From an uncultured virus (IMG/VR IMGVR_UViG_3300036715_000622) (Duplodnaviria; Heunggongvirae; Uroviricota; Caudoviricetes): 33,756 nt of DNA. Below the pieces are notes generated by a model. The model was not told the DNA's origin, made no database searches, and saw only the letters and a list, made by a program, of their open reading frames with translations. Numbering within the stretch: position 1 is the stretch's first letter; each line of letters begins with the position of its first letter. Positions 1 to 8,754 of the stretch are shown in pieces. The position numbers and the translations under genes were made by a program. The stretch lies in the IMG/VR virus record IMGVR_UViG_3300036715_000622; one strand, given 5' to 3'.

Positions 1-58
1 CAATATTATTCAAGGTTGTAACAGCTTCGTCAGTCCATTTCTTTGTCTTTTCAGTCAT
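1..58 (-). CDS. N-terminus of probable T5 D5-like DNA-binding protein (runs off window)
   Basis: ATG at 58 gives MTEKTKKWTDEAVTTLNNI; lies directly after ligB, as D5 does in T5. Confidence 0.55.
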   Translation of the reverse strand, partial: MTEKTKKWTDEAVTTLNNI

Positions 59-80
59 TTTATTGCCTTTATAATTTATA

Positions 81-824
81 TTAAATCAAATCAAGAAGAT
101 TTGTTATGATTGTGATACCATATTCGTCAGCTTTTTTTCGCTTAGAACTATTTTTATTGTCCTCATCAACTAGGTAGTTGGTTGTTTTTGTTATATTTTC
201 TACTACCCTAAAACCAGCATTTATTAGAATATTTGTTGCTTCCGCTTTAGTTTTAAAGGACTTTAATTTTCCAGTAATGCATACTGTTTTTGCATTTACA
301 TCTACTGGCTTACTGCATGGAGTTTCAAAAGAAAAAGGTAAAAATTCTTTTAACTCTTGATACTCCGTGTTAATCCAATCCATAAGATTGGCTGTTGCTT
401 TTTCCCCAAGTCCTGCTTTTTTACATATCTCCAAGGTTATATCATCAATATTACTTACTAGTGGAGCTATTTTATTACTAGCAGAATTCCCAATAAGGGG
501 AATAGAAAAAGATGCTAGTACTGTTGCTAAAGATGCCGATTTTGCTCTTTCGATTTCATCCAGTAGTTTAAGGGCTACTTTCTCGCTTCCTAGTAGCCTT
601 CCAGTTTCTACTGGATCAAGATAGAACAACTCGGTCAGATCTGAGAGATTTAATTTTTCTATACTCTTTTCACCAAGTCCTTTAATGCCCAAAGTCTTAG
701 CGAAGTGCTGTAACTTTCCGTTGACTTGCGCTGAGCACGCAGTATTACGGCAGAAGAGCTGGTCGTTCACCTTGATCAAGGGGTACTCGCAGCAGGGGCA
801 ATTAGTAGGAATTTGTATTTTCAT
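81..824 (-). CDS. ligB: NAD-dependent DNA ligase subunit B (Zn finger, HhH, BRCT)
   Basis: PTNCPCC...FCRNTAC Zn finger, IKGLG HhH motif, VCITGKL BRCT start. Confidence 0.92.
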   Translation of the reverse strand: MKIQIPTNCPCCEYPLIKVNDQLFCRNTACSAQVNGKLQHFAKTLGIKGLGEKSIEKLNLSDLTELFYLDPVETGRLLGSEKVALKLLDEIERAKSASLATVLASFSIPLIGNSASNKIAPLVSNIDDITLEICKKAGLGEKATANLMDWINTEYQELKEFLPFSFETPCSKPVDVNAKTVCITGKLKSFKTKAEATNILINAGFRVVENITKTTNYLVDEDNKNSSKRKKADEYGITIITNLLDLI

Positions 825-856
825 CTTCTCTTAGCGATCTCTCAGTGTATATAGAT

Positions 857-885
857 ATTATACAGGGTTTAGGCATTAAAGTCAA
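857..885 (-). promoter_or_regulatory. sigma70 promoter for ligB
   Basis: TTGACT (885-880), 17 nt spacer, TATAAT (862-857). Confidence 0.85.
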
Positions 886-903
886 GACTAATTTTTTTGA
901 TGC

Positions 904-1107
904 TTAATGAATTGATACTGATTTAAAGTACTTGGGATGCATACCCTCAACAAAGTCACCATCTTCATAGGGGGCATCATTATCAGCATGTACAACTACG
1001 CCAGAAAAACTATTTTCATCTTCATTTATGTGGGTTACTGTAACAAAATACCTAATATCCTTCTTACGCTCAACTTTATCACCAATTACCATATTTTTTA
1101 GTTTCAT
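904..1107 (-). CDS. hypothetical protein
   Basis: 67 aa ORF with GAGG RBS, packed in operon. Confidence 0.7.
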   Translation of the reverse strand: MKLKNMVIGDKVERKKDIRYFVTVTHINEDENSFSGVVVHADNDAPYEDGDFVEGMHPKYFKSVSIH

Positions 1108-1109
1108 TT

Positions 1110-1352
1110 TTATTTCCTCTTATTCCACTTTTCGATTGCTTCTTCTCGTGTATCTCCATGCATTTCTGCACCACAACCTACAGAGCAATGTAGCGAATAG
1201 CACCACTGCTCTTTTGGTACTTCACTAAGCTTATGATACGTGCGACATTGTAGCTCTTCATTAAATTTCCACCCAATGCCATTAGGATAGAGTGTATCCG
1301 GGTCATCTAAATCTACTTTCTTTCCGCAAAATGGGCAGTCCTTCATTACCAA
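1110..1352 (-). CDS. Lar-family restriction-alleviation-like Zn-binding protein
   Basis: KDCPFCG ... CSVGCG ... EAIEKWNKR pattern. Confidence 0.7.
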   Translation of the reverse strand: MVMKDCPFCGKKVDLDDPDTLYPNGIGWKFNEELQCRTYHKLSEVPKEQWCYSLHCSVGCGAEMHGDTREEAIEKWNKRK

Positions 1353-1807
1353 TTTCCTTTATCTGCGGCATAACTTGCTGCAAATGCCTCTGGTTTAACT
1401 TTTGGGTTAATTCCATGCACCCCTTTAATATACCCAATTGCTTGATGCAAAGCGCATGAAGAACCATGTAATTCGTTAGGATTGATATCTAAATGAATTT
1501 CGCAATGTTTGTTCCCTATAGTATCTGTTAGTTCTAAGAAGAGCTCTGATACTTTGTATACTTCATTCATCATTCTATAAGATGGCCTATTGAACTTCTT
1601 ATCATAGTCAGGTTCAGACTCAGAGTATCCAAATACTTTAGCGCCATGTTTACCATCTTTGTGGATAACCACTACTACTGTGTAACGAGCAAACCACTTT
1701 CCATCTTTTTTGAACCTTTCAGAATCTGCTCCAAAGTAAATCTTGGAGTCATCTGAGCTTTCTTTGATAAAGTCTTTTACTCCATCTAATTGTTCTGTAC
1801 TAAACAT
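1346..1807 (-). CDS. RNase H-like YkuK/DUF458 family protein
   Basis: IYFGADS, RMMNEV, EIHLDIN, KPEAFAASYAAD motifs. Confidence 0.8.
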   Translation of the reverse strand: MFSTEQLDGVKDFIKESSDDSKIYFGADSERFKKDGKWFARYTVVVVIHKDGKHGAKVFGYSESEPDYDKKFNRPSYRMMNEVYKVSELFLELTDTIGNKHCEIHLDINPNELHGSSCALHQAIGYIKGVHGINPKVKPEAFAASYAADKGNW

Positions 1808-2193
1808 TGGTCTTTTAATTCCTGAATTTGGTCAAACTTGGCTTGGATAACACCTTCTAGTACTTTATCCCCAAAATCGTAATTATCAGGAATACCTAGA
1901 TTATACACATCTCTATCAAAGCCTGTTTCTTGCAATTGCTGATTTACTACGCTAAAAGCATCGTCATCTGCACATAGTACTAATTCTGCCCAAAATAGAT
2001 GCACCGGCTCCATAGGAATAAGTGCATACTCTGTGGAAAAGCCTACTGGACGTGCATTTACATTATCATAGTTACGATGAAGTAGGCGTGCCATAGTTGG
2101 GCTTCTAAGCAGCCCAGCCGAGCATACACATAGTACTTTTAGATCAGATCCTTGGTACATATTTCTTGCATTTGCCATTCTATTTCTGCTCAT
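1786..2193 (-). CDS. low-molecular-weight protein-tyrosine-phosphatase-like protein
   Basis: VLCVCSAGLLRSPT (CX5RS P-loop), IPD motif. Confidence 0.8.
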   Translation of the reverse strand: MSRNRMANARNMYQGSDLKVLCVCSAGLLRSPTMARLLHRNYDNVNARPVGFSTEYALIPMEPVHLFWAELVLCADDDAFSVVNQQLQETGFDRDVYNLGIPDNYDFGDKVLEGVIQAKFDQIQELKDQCLVQNN

Positions 2194-2224
2194 TATTTTA
2201 TCTTTTACTTGACTGTAAAATAAT

Positions 2225-2253
2225 ATTATACATTAATAAGCAAAGATAGTCAA
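2225..2253 (-). promoter_or_regulatory. sigma70 promoter
   Basis: TTGACT-17-TATAAT. Confidence 0.85.
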
Positions 2254-2317
2254 GACTAGTTTTTTCTATGCCACTGTCACATATTCTTCAAACTACTAAG
2301 GCTCAAGGTATGCTCTT

Positions 2318-2512
2318 TCATTTTGACCACGCTTCATCAAAGATTCTATCTCTACGAGCTTTATCACGTTCTTTGGTTACAATAAGTTTTGCAAACTTTT
2401 TAAGTTCCTCTGTATAGTCAGAAGACCAATCAATATTTGCATCTTTTGATTTGTTATCCAAAAATACGAAACCTGCTTCTTTAGCTAATTTTTTGAATGC
2501 TTTGTTATTCAT
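2318..2512 (-). CDS. hypothetical protein
   Basis: GGAG RBS and own promoter (TTGACT-17-TAAAAT, 2565-2537). Confidence 0.7.
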   Translation of the reverse strand: MNNKAFKKLAKEAGFVFLDNKSKDANIDWSSDYTEELKKFAKLIVTKERDKARRDRIFDEAWSK

Positions 2513-2570
2513 GATTATTCTCCCATTTAAAATAATATTTTATCAGTTTAGATCAGATAAGTCAAGATGT

Positions 2571-2599
2571 AAAAAAGCCGCGCTAAAATAACGCGGCTT
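2571..2599 (-). terminator. rho-independent terminator
   Basis: AAGCCGCG/CGCGGCTT stem followed by U-tract on the minus strand. Confidence 0.75.
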
Positions 2600-2628
2600 A
2601 AGATGTTGCAATATCGGTTGATATGTTA

Positions 2629-2901
2629 TTAGTTTACTTTAATTAGTTGCGTTGCTAATACAGGACTACTGGTTACGGCTATTAACTTTAGAACGAAGTC
2701 CTCATTAATATTACTAGTCTCTTTTCTATCTGTACTAAAGTTTAATGTATTACCTATAAAGGTAACTGAGTATGCTTCTTTATTAACTAAGTAATACATA
2801 TTACTCTTGGTTCTATAAATTCCTGTCTGTGGATATGTACTATAAGAGGGTGCGTCCGTATCCTCTGGCACAAAGTCCTCAATATATTCTATAAAGCGCA
2901 T
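2629..2901 (-). CDS. hypothetical protein
   Basis: 90 aa ORF in operon orientation. Confidence 0.65.
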   Translation of the reverse strand: MRFIEYIEDFVPEDTDAPSYSTYPQTGIYRTKSNMYYLVNKEAYSVTFIGNTLNFSTDRKETSNINEDFVLKLIAVTSSPVLATQLIKVN

Positions 2902-2930
2902 TTTATTTTTATCCCTTTATCTAACCCTTA

Positions 2931-3062
2931 TTACCAATCCTCGTTTAACGTAAATGCTTCTACAAATACTGCATCCTTACTTAGTTTGGCTTTCTTTCTT
3001 GCTTCTGTTTCGGTTTCAGCTATTACATTAACTTCTTTATCCTTATCTTTAAATCTAAACAT
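2931..3062 (-). CDS. small hypothetical protein (43 aa, not in ORF track)
   Basis: MFRFKDKDKEVNVIAETETEARKK..., starts just after the HNH stop. Confidence 0.55.
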   Translation of the reverse strand: MFRFKDKDKEVNVIAETETEARKKAKLSKDAVFVEAFTLNEDW

Positions 3063-3064
3063 TT

Positions 3065-3346
3065 TCATTTGCATCCTTTGCGCTCCCATCTATCCTTTGC
3101 CTTACCTTCTTCAATAGTTTGCCACTGCATATTATCAGGGGTATCTGCACCACCACAAGCTAAAGGTATAATATGATCTACTACATAACCTGGGCAGGAA
3201 TACTTTTCATGTGCTAAAGTAGAGGGGCATGGGTTTTTTAACATAAAGTGATGTTTTTGAGTAGCAGAACGCTTAATTGCTGCTTCTGACTTAATTGATA
3301 CTGAGAGTACTAATGCTAGTACTATTGCTGCAATCCAATATTTCAT
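3065..3346 (-). CDS. HNH endonuclease with N-terminal signal-peptide-like segment
   Basis: CPGYVVDHIIPLACGGADTPDNMQW; likely start MKYWIAAIVLALVLSVSIKSEA at 3346. Confidence 0.8.
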   Translation of the reverse strand: MKYWIAAIVLALVLSVSIKSEAAIKRSATQKHHFMLKNPCPSTLAHEKYSCPGYVVDHIIPLACGGADTPDNMQWQTIEEGKAKDRWERKGCK

Positions 3347-3457
3347 ACATGATCCAATTCTAAATATATTATCCAAGATACTATGGGCATTCCATAATGC
3401 TCTTGATTAAGGTCGTTAATACTGCGATTATACATCCATATAAGTTTTTCTTTCATT

Positions 3458-4405
3458 TTACTCTACCTTGTGGACAATGCATGGTATGATCTCTCCTCCA
3501 AGAATTACTCCTACTTTACTACCTATTTGAATATCCAGCATTTCAATAAACCCCGGATTATTAAGTGTAGCTTTACTTACTAATTTGTCGCCAATATACA
3601 CTGGCTCAAGTATTGCTACTGGAGTTACTTTACCAGATTTACCCGTCTGCCATACTACATCTAATATAGTAGTCTCAACAGCTTCTCCTCTAGTCTTAAG
3701 TGCATAAGCACCCCTAGGGAATAGTGAAGTATACCCTAGCTCAGCAAAGCGTTTATTATTATTTACACGAAATACTACACCATCTGTAGGATAGATTTCA
3801 GTAATTAGATCATCTTTTACTGTATTGAAACCCATGCGTTTAAGCATTGCTATATCTTCGTTGTAAGTCTCATTGTATGTTGGCTGCATACCGTATACAA
3901 ATACTTCTACACTACGAGTTTTAAACTCATTGCGATCTTTAAGATTTAAAGCACCTGCAGCATAGTTGCGGGAATTGGGTACTACTGCCGGAGCTGCAAC
4001 TTCTCCAGTAATTTGCAGTACTCCACTATGATGTAGCGTCTGTGGTATTAGAGTAGAACCAATAAACTTATCAGTTATATCCGTACCTTCTATACCATCG
4101 CCACGAGTAAGGACACGTACTAGCTCTCCATTAACATACAGGATAGAAATAGCAGCACCATCAAGCTTAGGGGAGATAGATACGTCCTTCTCCCCTTCTA
4201 GGGGGTTAACTTTACCTTCCCCCTCATAAAACTTTTGTAGGGAATAAAGAGGATAGTAGTGCTTTTGAATATGCTCATGCTGTTTTGCCCCGATCTTAGA
4301 GTATCCAATACTATCTGCTAGACGATCAAAAACCTCGTCACTAATAATGGGATCCCCATTATAATAGTGGCGAGAGCAATTATCTAAGTATTGCGTTAGG
4401 GTCAT
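3458..4405 (-). CDS. ligA: NAD-dependent DNA ligase subunit A (adenylation and OB domains)
   Basis: YYNGDPIISDEVFD, KLDG, TRGDG, TDGVV, GEIIP motifs. Confidence 0.95.
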   Translation of the reverse strand: MTLTQYLDNCSRHYYNGDPIISDEVFDRLADSIGYSKIGAKQHEHIQKHYYPLYSLQKFYEGEGKVNPLEGEKDVSISPKLDGAAISILYVNGELVRVLTRGDGIEGTDITDKFIGSTLIPQTLHHSGVLQITGEVAAPAVVPNSRNYAAGALNLKDRNEFKTRSVEVFVYGMQPTYNETYNEDIAMLKRMGFNTVKDDLITEIYPTDGVVFRVNNNKRFAELGYTSLFPRGAYALKTRGEAVETTILDVVWQTGKSGKVTPVAILEPVYIGDKLVSKATLNNPGFIEMLDIQIGSKVGVILGGEIIPCIVHKVE

Positions 4406-4602
4406 TTATTTATTCCTTCTTTAAGTGTTTCAAGTGCCTTTTCGAATCTCAAAGTATATAAATCTCGTAGACCAATTAAGATATTACAAATATTATTAAT
4501 TGGTATATCTTTATCCTTAATACCACTTAAAAGAATATCAATATCATCAACAATGCCCCAGCAGTCTAGTATCTCTTGTTCAAGTTCAAAGCACTTCTTC
4601 AT
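4402..4602 (-). CDS. hypothetical protein
   Basis: overlaps neighbouring start and stop codons. Confidence 0.7.
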   Translation of the reverse strand: MKKCFELEQEILDCWGIVDDIDILLSGIKDKDIPINNICNILIGLRDLYTLRFEKALETLKEGINK

Positions 4603-4802
4603 TTTACCTCCAAAGATATAAAATCTTTCTTTGCTTTAGCTTTAATCTTGTCAAATAAACTATCATCCGCTAGTTCGTGCGTAAATACTGGCCTATCTAA
4701 TAGAGTTTCAATGTACCTGTGTAGATCTGAGAATTTACCTATTAGGATCCCTGTGTACGCTGATACAATAGCTGCCTCTTGTCTAGTCATATTATTCTCC
4801 AT
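4599..4802 (-). CDS. hypothetical phage protein
   Basis: ORF after promoter 4840-4812; LLDRPVFTHEL motif typical of phage proteins. Confidence 0.7.
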   Translation of the reverse strand: MENNMTRQEAAIVSAYTGILIGKFSDLHRYIETLLDRPVFTHELADDSLFDKIKAKAKKDFISLEVK

Positions 4803-4819
4803 TAAAAGTATATTATACT

Positions 4820-5122
4820 CTAATTGGCTAGTAAAGTCAAGTCCTTAATTTTTTGTGCAAAATGTGTTGCTATAGCATCAACTCCTTCTTCATGAGAGCA
4901 TATTTCAATTAACCCATCAAGAAGTGCATAGATATTAGAAATACTAGCAGCCATACTTATACCCTCTTTTGATGGTACATACCCATCTTCAAAAGATAGA
5001 AAATACTTTCTAATATGTAGATACTGTATATCCTTAAACTCATTTACTACTAATCTTAGTTGAAATCCTTTGGCTTCATTCTCAAATAGGATTTTCTCGT
5101 ATAGAACCTCTGAATCACTCAT
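4820..5122 (-). CDS. PC4-like ssDNA-binding protein / transcriptional coactivator p15
   Basis: VNEFKDIQYLHIRKYF...PSKEGIS; T5-like position upstream of ligA. Confidence 0.85.
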   Translation of the reverse strand: MSDSEVLYEKILFENEAKGFQLRLVVNEFKDIQYLHIRKYFLSFEDGYVPSKEGISMAASISNIYALLDGLIEICSHEEGVDAIATHFAQKIKDLTLLAN

Positions 5123-5336
5123 TTAATAGTTTTAGCGCTAACTTCACACTCTCTCTGTTATATTGTTGTCTAGTTTGAGGATAAAAAGGTGCATCTACAA
5201 TATTATCTTCATACTCGTGGCATGATTCTAAAGCATCTTTGGCTGCATTTATAGCTTCTATAGTTCTTGCTACTACTATTTCGTCTATTAAAGTGCACTG
5301 TTTACATAGTCTTTCTAGTTCTTCAATTATTGTCAT
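5115..5336 (-). CDS. hypothetical protein
   Basis: 73 aa ORF overlapping the next gene. Confidence 0.65.
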   Translation of the reverse strand: MTIIEELERLCKQCTLIDEIVVARTIEAINAAKDALESCHEYEDNIVDAPFYPQTRQQYNRESVKLALKLLNE

Positions 5337-5386
5337 ACACGTAACTCTTTATTAGATTGAACTTGTTAAGGTTGGCGCAGGTATAT

Positions 5387-5992
5387 TTAAATTACCTGCC
5401 TATTTAAATATTCTTTAAGTTCTTTTCTGGTTTTAAGTACATTTGAGGCATAATTATTTGGATTATTAAGAGCACCATTATATTTTAATAGAGCTTTCTC
5501 TACTGTACCATGTTTATCTAGGTACTCCTTTAGAATAAGAGTACCTATACTAATATTACTATTAATGTCAAAAGGATTGGTTTCTTGTGTTATTTTTTCT
5601 TTGTGCCATCGTGGGATATACTGCATTAATCCTAACGCATTAGAGTTTGATACTGCAAAGACATTAAACCTAGATTCGATTTTAATTAGGGATAATACTA
5701 AAAGTGGATCTAGTCCACGGATACTTGCCCAATACGTACTACTACTTAGTATTGCTCTTGCGGTTTTATCTGATATTTTTGGATTATGAGATCTAATCCA
5801 AGATATTAGCGCGGCTGATGTGTCTACGTGAACTATTGGAGCCACAGGATGTGGTAGTGGCTCCTCTTTATGAGCAGTAATAGGAATACCAATTCCAAAT
5901 ACTGCTAGGGTTATCATAATTAAAAGGGGCTTACTTACTTTCTTTTTAAAGTAAGATGCCCTTTTCGTCTCTACAAGTTTATAGTCTTTCAT
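5387..5992 (-). CDS. membrane-anchored lytic transglycosylase (SLT domain)
   Basis: N-terminal TM; IKIESRF, ALGLMQ, ALLKYNG motifs. Confidence 0.88.
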   Translation of the reverse strand: MKDYKLVETKRASYFKKKVSKPLLIMITLAVFGIGIPITAHKEEPLPHPVAPIVHVDTSAALISWIRSHNPKISDKTARAILSSSTYWASIRGLDPLLVLSLIKIESRFNVFAVSNSNALGLMQYIPRWHKEKITQETNPFDINSNISIGTLILKEYLDKHGTVEKALLKYNGALNNPNNYASNVLKTRKELKEYLNRQVI

Positions 5993-6030
5993 TATGTACC
6001 TCTGCTGATGTGTATCTCCTGATACTTATA

Positions 6031-6630
6031 TTACAGTTTAATTCCAACCTCACGTAACCTCTCTAAAGAGGCTAGTTCCCATGCTGGTTGATATGCGTTT
6101 TCTCTCCACTTATCAGATACTAAGTAGATACCATAAACATATCCTTCTTTTTGCTTGATCTCATTACGAATTTTAGCTAGTGAATCATACCTAGCAGAAT
6201 ATACAGTTTCGCCAACTGCGAACCGTTCGCGAACTGCGCCGTCCGGGATAAGTGCTGGATTAAAATAATCCTGAGAGGTATTCCTAATAGGAACAGCATA
6301 ATCATTTAGAACAGATTTAATAAAGGCTATTCCACGATATAGTGTTTTACTAATACTGTCTAGTGTGGCACCTTCTAGATACTCTGTAATTATATGCTGT
6401 ATTTCATCCTGTGTTGCTGCTTTTCCACGTTTTTCTGCACGTCTACGTGCATCATCAATCTTCTTAAGTTTGTAGGTTTCAATAATTTTATCTAGGCGTG
6501 CAACATTGTACGAAATATTTAATTTCGCACAAACAAGTTTCTTAGTGGCTTTATCCTCTAGAAGTTTAATTGCTGCTTCTATACTTGCATCATCAAGATG
6601 TTCATCTTCTTTATTCCTTCTAACAGCCAT
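6031..6630 (-). CDS. T5 D2-like DNA-binding protein
   Basis: KATKKLVCAKLNIS, AEKRGKAAT, VYSARY resemble T5 D2; synteny. Confidence 0.75.
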   Translation of the reverse strand: MAVRRNKEDEHLDDASIEAAIKLLEDKATKKLVCAKLNISYNVARLDKIIETYKLKKIDDARRRAEKRGKAATQDEIQHIITEYLEGATLDSISKTLYRGIAFIKSVLNDYAVPIRNTSQDYFNPALIPDGAVRERFAVGETVYSARYDSLAKIRNEIKQKEGYVYGIYLVSDKWRENAYQPAWELASLERLREVGIKL

Positions 6631-6766
6631 TCTTTTCTCCTACCCAAGTTGCAACAAATCCGGCTAATAGTGCTAGCTCATAGTTATGAGGGTTGCCTTT
6701 TATACCGTCTAGTACTACCCATATAAATGAGATAAGGGTAACGCTTATAAGCCTTTTCCAGTTCAT
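6620..6766 (-). CDS. small membrane protein (48 aa, not in ORF track)
   Basis: MNWKRLISVTLISFIWVVL..., GGGG RBS, overlaps the D2 start. Confidence 0.55.
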   Translation of the reverse strand: MNWKRLISVTLISFIWVVLDGIKGNPHNYELALLAGFVATWVGEKNGC

Positions 6767-6782
6767 GTTTCCCCCAGAGACA

Positions 6783-6810
6783 TTAAGGGGCGACCTGAGC
6801 CGCCCCTTAA
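6783..6810 (-). terminator. stem-loop after D3
   Basis: TTAAGGGGCG/CGCCCCTTAA inverted repeat. Confidence 0.6.
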
Positions 6811-6812
6811 TT

Positions 6813-7163
6813 TTATTTAGTTTGCAGAACTTCTAGGAAATATGCTGCTGCTTTACCTGTTAGTTTGGAAAGGATCTCCTCGTCAACATTTGCACCTTTA
6901 TCTTCTATTGCTTTACGAAGCGCATCAATTTGAGACTCCTTGCTTACACGTTTGGGAGCATCACCCTCTTTCTTAGTTGTACCGGAAGCAGTTTCTTTCT
7001 TCACATATACCCCGGCTTGAACCAAAATCATGCGTACACCATTAGGCGACTGGTTCTCTTCTTCTGCAATATCTTTAATAATTTCTGTGCTATTTTCAGG
7101 GGTTGGGCCGGCTGCTTTGTACGCTGCAATTACCCGTGCCTTACCTTCATCATCCCATGCCAT
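6813..7163 (-). CDS. T5 D3-like protein
   Basis: SPNGVRMILVQAGVYVKK, RVSKE, KLTGKAAAY resemble T5 D3; promoter 7247-7219. Confidence 0.8.
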   Translation of the reverse strand: MAWDDEGKARVIAAYKAAGPTPENSTEIIKDIAEEENQSPNGVRMILVQAGVYVKKETASGTTKKEGDAPKRVSKESQIDALRKAIEDKGANVDEEILSKLTGKAAAYFLEVLQTK

Positions 7164-7333
7164 ATTCTTTCCTTTGTTTTAGTTAAAATAAATTGTTTAC
7201 TACGCGACTACAAATAATATTATACGCTCTTTAATAAAAGAAATCAAGTATAATTTTTTTAATGCTAAATTAGGAGTTCTTAATAAACAGCTAATCTTAG
7301 TATATGCTTAATTGGAGTATGAGATACGTCTCA

Positions 7334-7636
7334 TTATGAATAAAGTTTAACTTCTTCGAATAGCTTGTTAAAAGTATCATTGGTATATACTAAAAAGTTA
7401 CCCTGTACATCTCTAACAACCCAATCACTTATCTTAGCAATATAGTACCCATACAAAGTTGGGATGAGTAGAACCTCATTTACCAATTCTGAATGGCCTC
7501 CACTCTTAAATTTTGCACCAGTAAGTAGACTTGTATTAATCCAATTTAGCAATGAATTACTATTGTCATCATTTAGAAACTGTTGCGCCTCGATGAACTC
7601 CGGTTTCTTCATATATGTTTTAGGTGTCATATTCAC
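7334..7636 (-). CDS. hypothetical phage protein
   Basis: YMKKPEFIEAQQF...IPTLYG...DWVVRD...F pattern common in phages. Confidence 0.7.
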   Translation of the reverse strand: MNMTPKTYMKKPEFIEAQQFLNDDNSNSLLNWINTSLLTGAKFKSGGHSELVNEVLLIPTLYGYYIAKISDWVVRDVQGNFLVYTNDTFNKLFEEVKLYS

Positions 7637-7648
7637 TCCACAATACTA

Positions 7649-8704
7649 TCATTGTACCCAAAGGTCTTGCAAATTAAGATCGCCCAAATCATTCCTCACA
7701 GAGGATGCTAGATAACTAGACAACTCTACTTCCTGTGGAGCCACCTGTGAATTTTCGCTAGTGAAATGCTTTTCAATCCAGGGTAAAGGATGCTCAATTC
7801 GTGGGATGCTATCCACTAATTTCACTGCCTTCATACGTCTAGGTAACAAGTAGTCAATATAATTTGACAGAATTTTCTCGTTCAAACCTAACATCGTTCC
7901 ATTCTCAAACAAATACCTTGCCCATTCTTTTTCTTGTTCTGCTGCCGCCATGAAAATCTGTGTTGCATTCTTTCGATTGTCACCGATGATTTGCACAAAC
8001 TCTGGGTCATCTTGCGGTAGTAGTTTTAGGATGTGCTGAACTAAAACAAGATGCATGTTCTCATCACGAGCAATCATCTTGATAGTCTTAGCCGATGCTT
8101 CAACCATTCCTCGTTCCATGAATGCAAACGTACATGCAAAAGAAACATAGAACCTAATGGCTTCAAGTGCATTTGCAGAAATTAACGCAAGATAAAGATT
8201 TTCTTTGTTTGGATTATTACGTAAACGATCATACGATTTGGTGATATCATGTGCACAATCCACTATTGGCCGAATATTGGGCATATCGTCAACCACTTCA
8301 GCAGGGTTTGGATAGATAGCCCGTAAGATGTAAGTATAACTTGCACTGTGGATAGACTCGAAAAATGACCATGTTAGAATAGCATTTTCTAATGTCGGAT
8401 CAGTGCAGTGTTCCAAGAAAGTGAGAGCTGGTGCCCTTCCCTGGATCGAATCTAGTAGGATTTGTCGTTTAAGATTAGATGTAAAGATGAACTGTTCGGC
8501 ATCTGTCATATTACCGAAACTACGTTTCTCTTGAGAAAAGTCAATTTCCTGTGGACGCCAAAAAAAGGATTTCATCTTCTCGTCAATTTTGTCCAAGATT
8601 GGATAACGTATTGTATCGTAACGACAGATGCCATGTCCACTCTCGCCAAAGAATAACTTGTCGGGGTGAACATTCATTGATAGAACTGGTTGAAAAGTGG
8701 TCAT
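7649..8704 (-). CDS. nrdB: ribonucleotide reductase class Ia beta subunit
   Basis: FFWRPQE, DSIQGR, ESIHS, EAIRFYVSFA, RDENMH; GGAG RBS before ATG 8704; promoter 8753-8725. Confidence 0.97.
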   Translation of the reverse strand: MTTFQPVLSMNVHPDKLFFGESGHGICRYDTIRYPILDKIDEKMKSFFWRPQEIDFSQEKRSFGNMTDAEQFIFTSNLKRQILLDSIQGRAPALTFLEHCTDPTLENAILTWSFFESIHSASYTYILRAIYPNPAEVVDDMPNIRPIVDCAHDITKSYDRLRNNPNKENLYLALISANALEAIRFYVSFACTFAFMERGMVEASAKTIKMIARDENMHLVLVQHILKLLPQDDPEFVQIIGDNRKNATQIFMAAAEQEKEWARYLFENGTMLGLNEKILSNYIDYLLPRRMKAVKLVDSIPRIEHPLPWIEKHFTSENSQVAPQEVELSSYLASSVRNDLGDLNLQDLWVQ

Positions 8705-8754
8705 TAGTAACTCCATAAAGTTTAATTATACGCTAAATTACCTGATAAGTCAAG

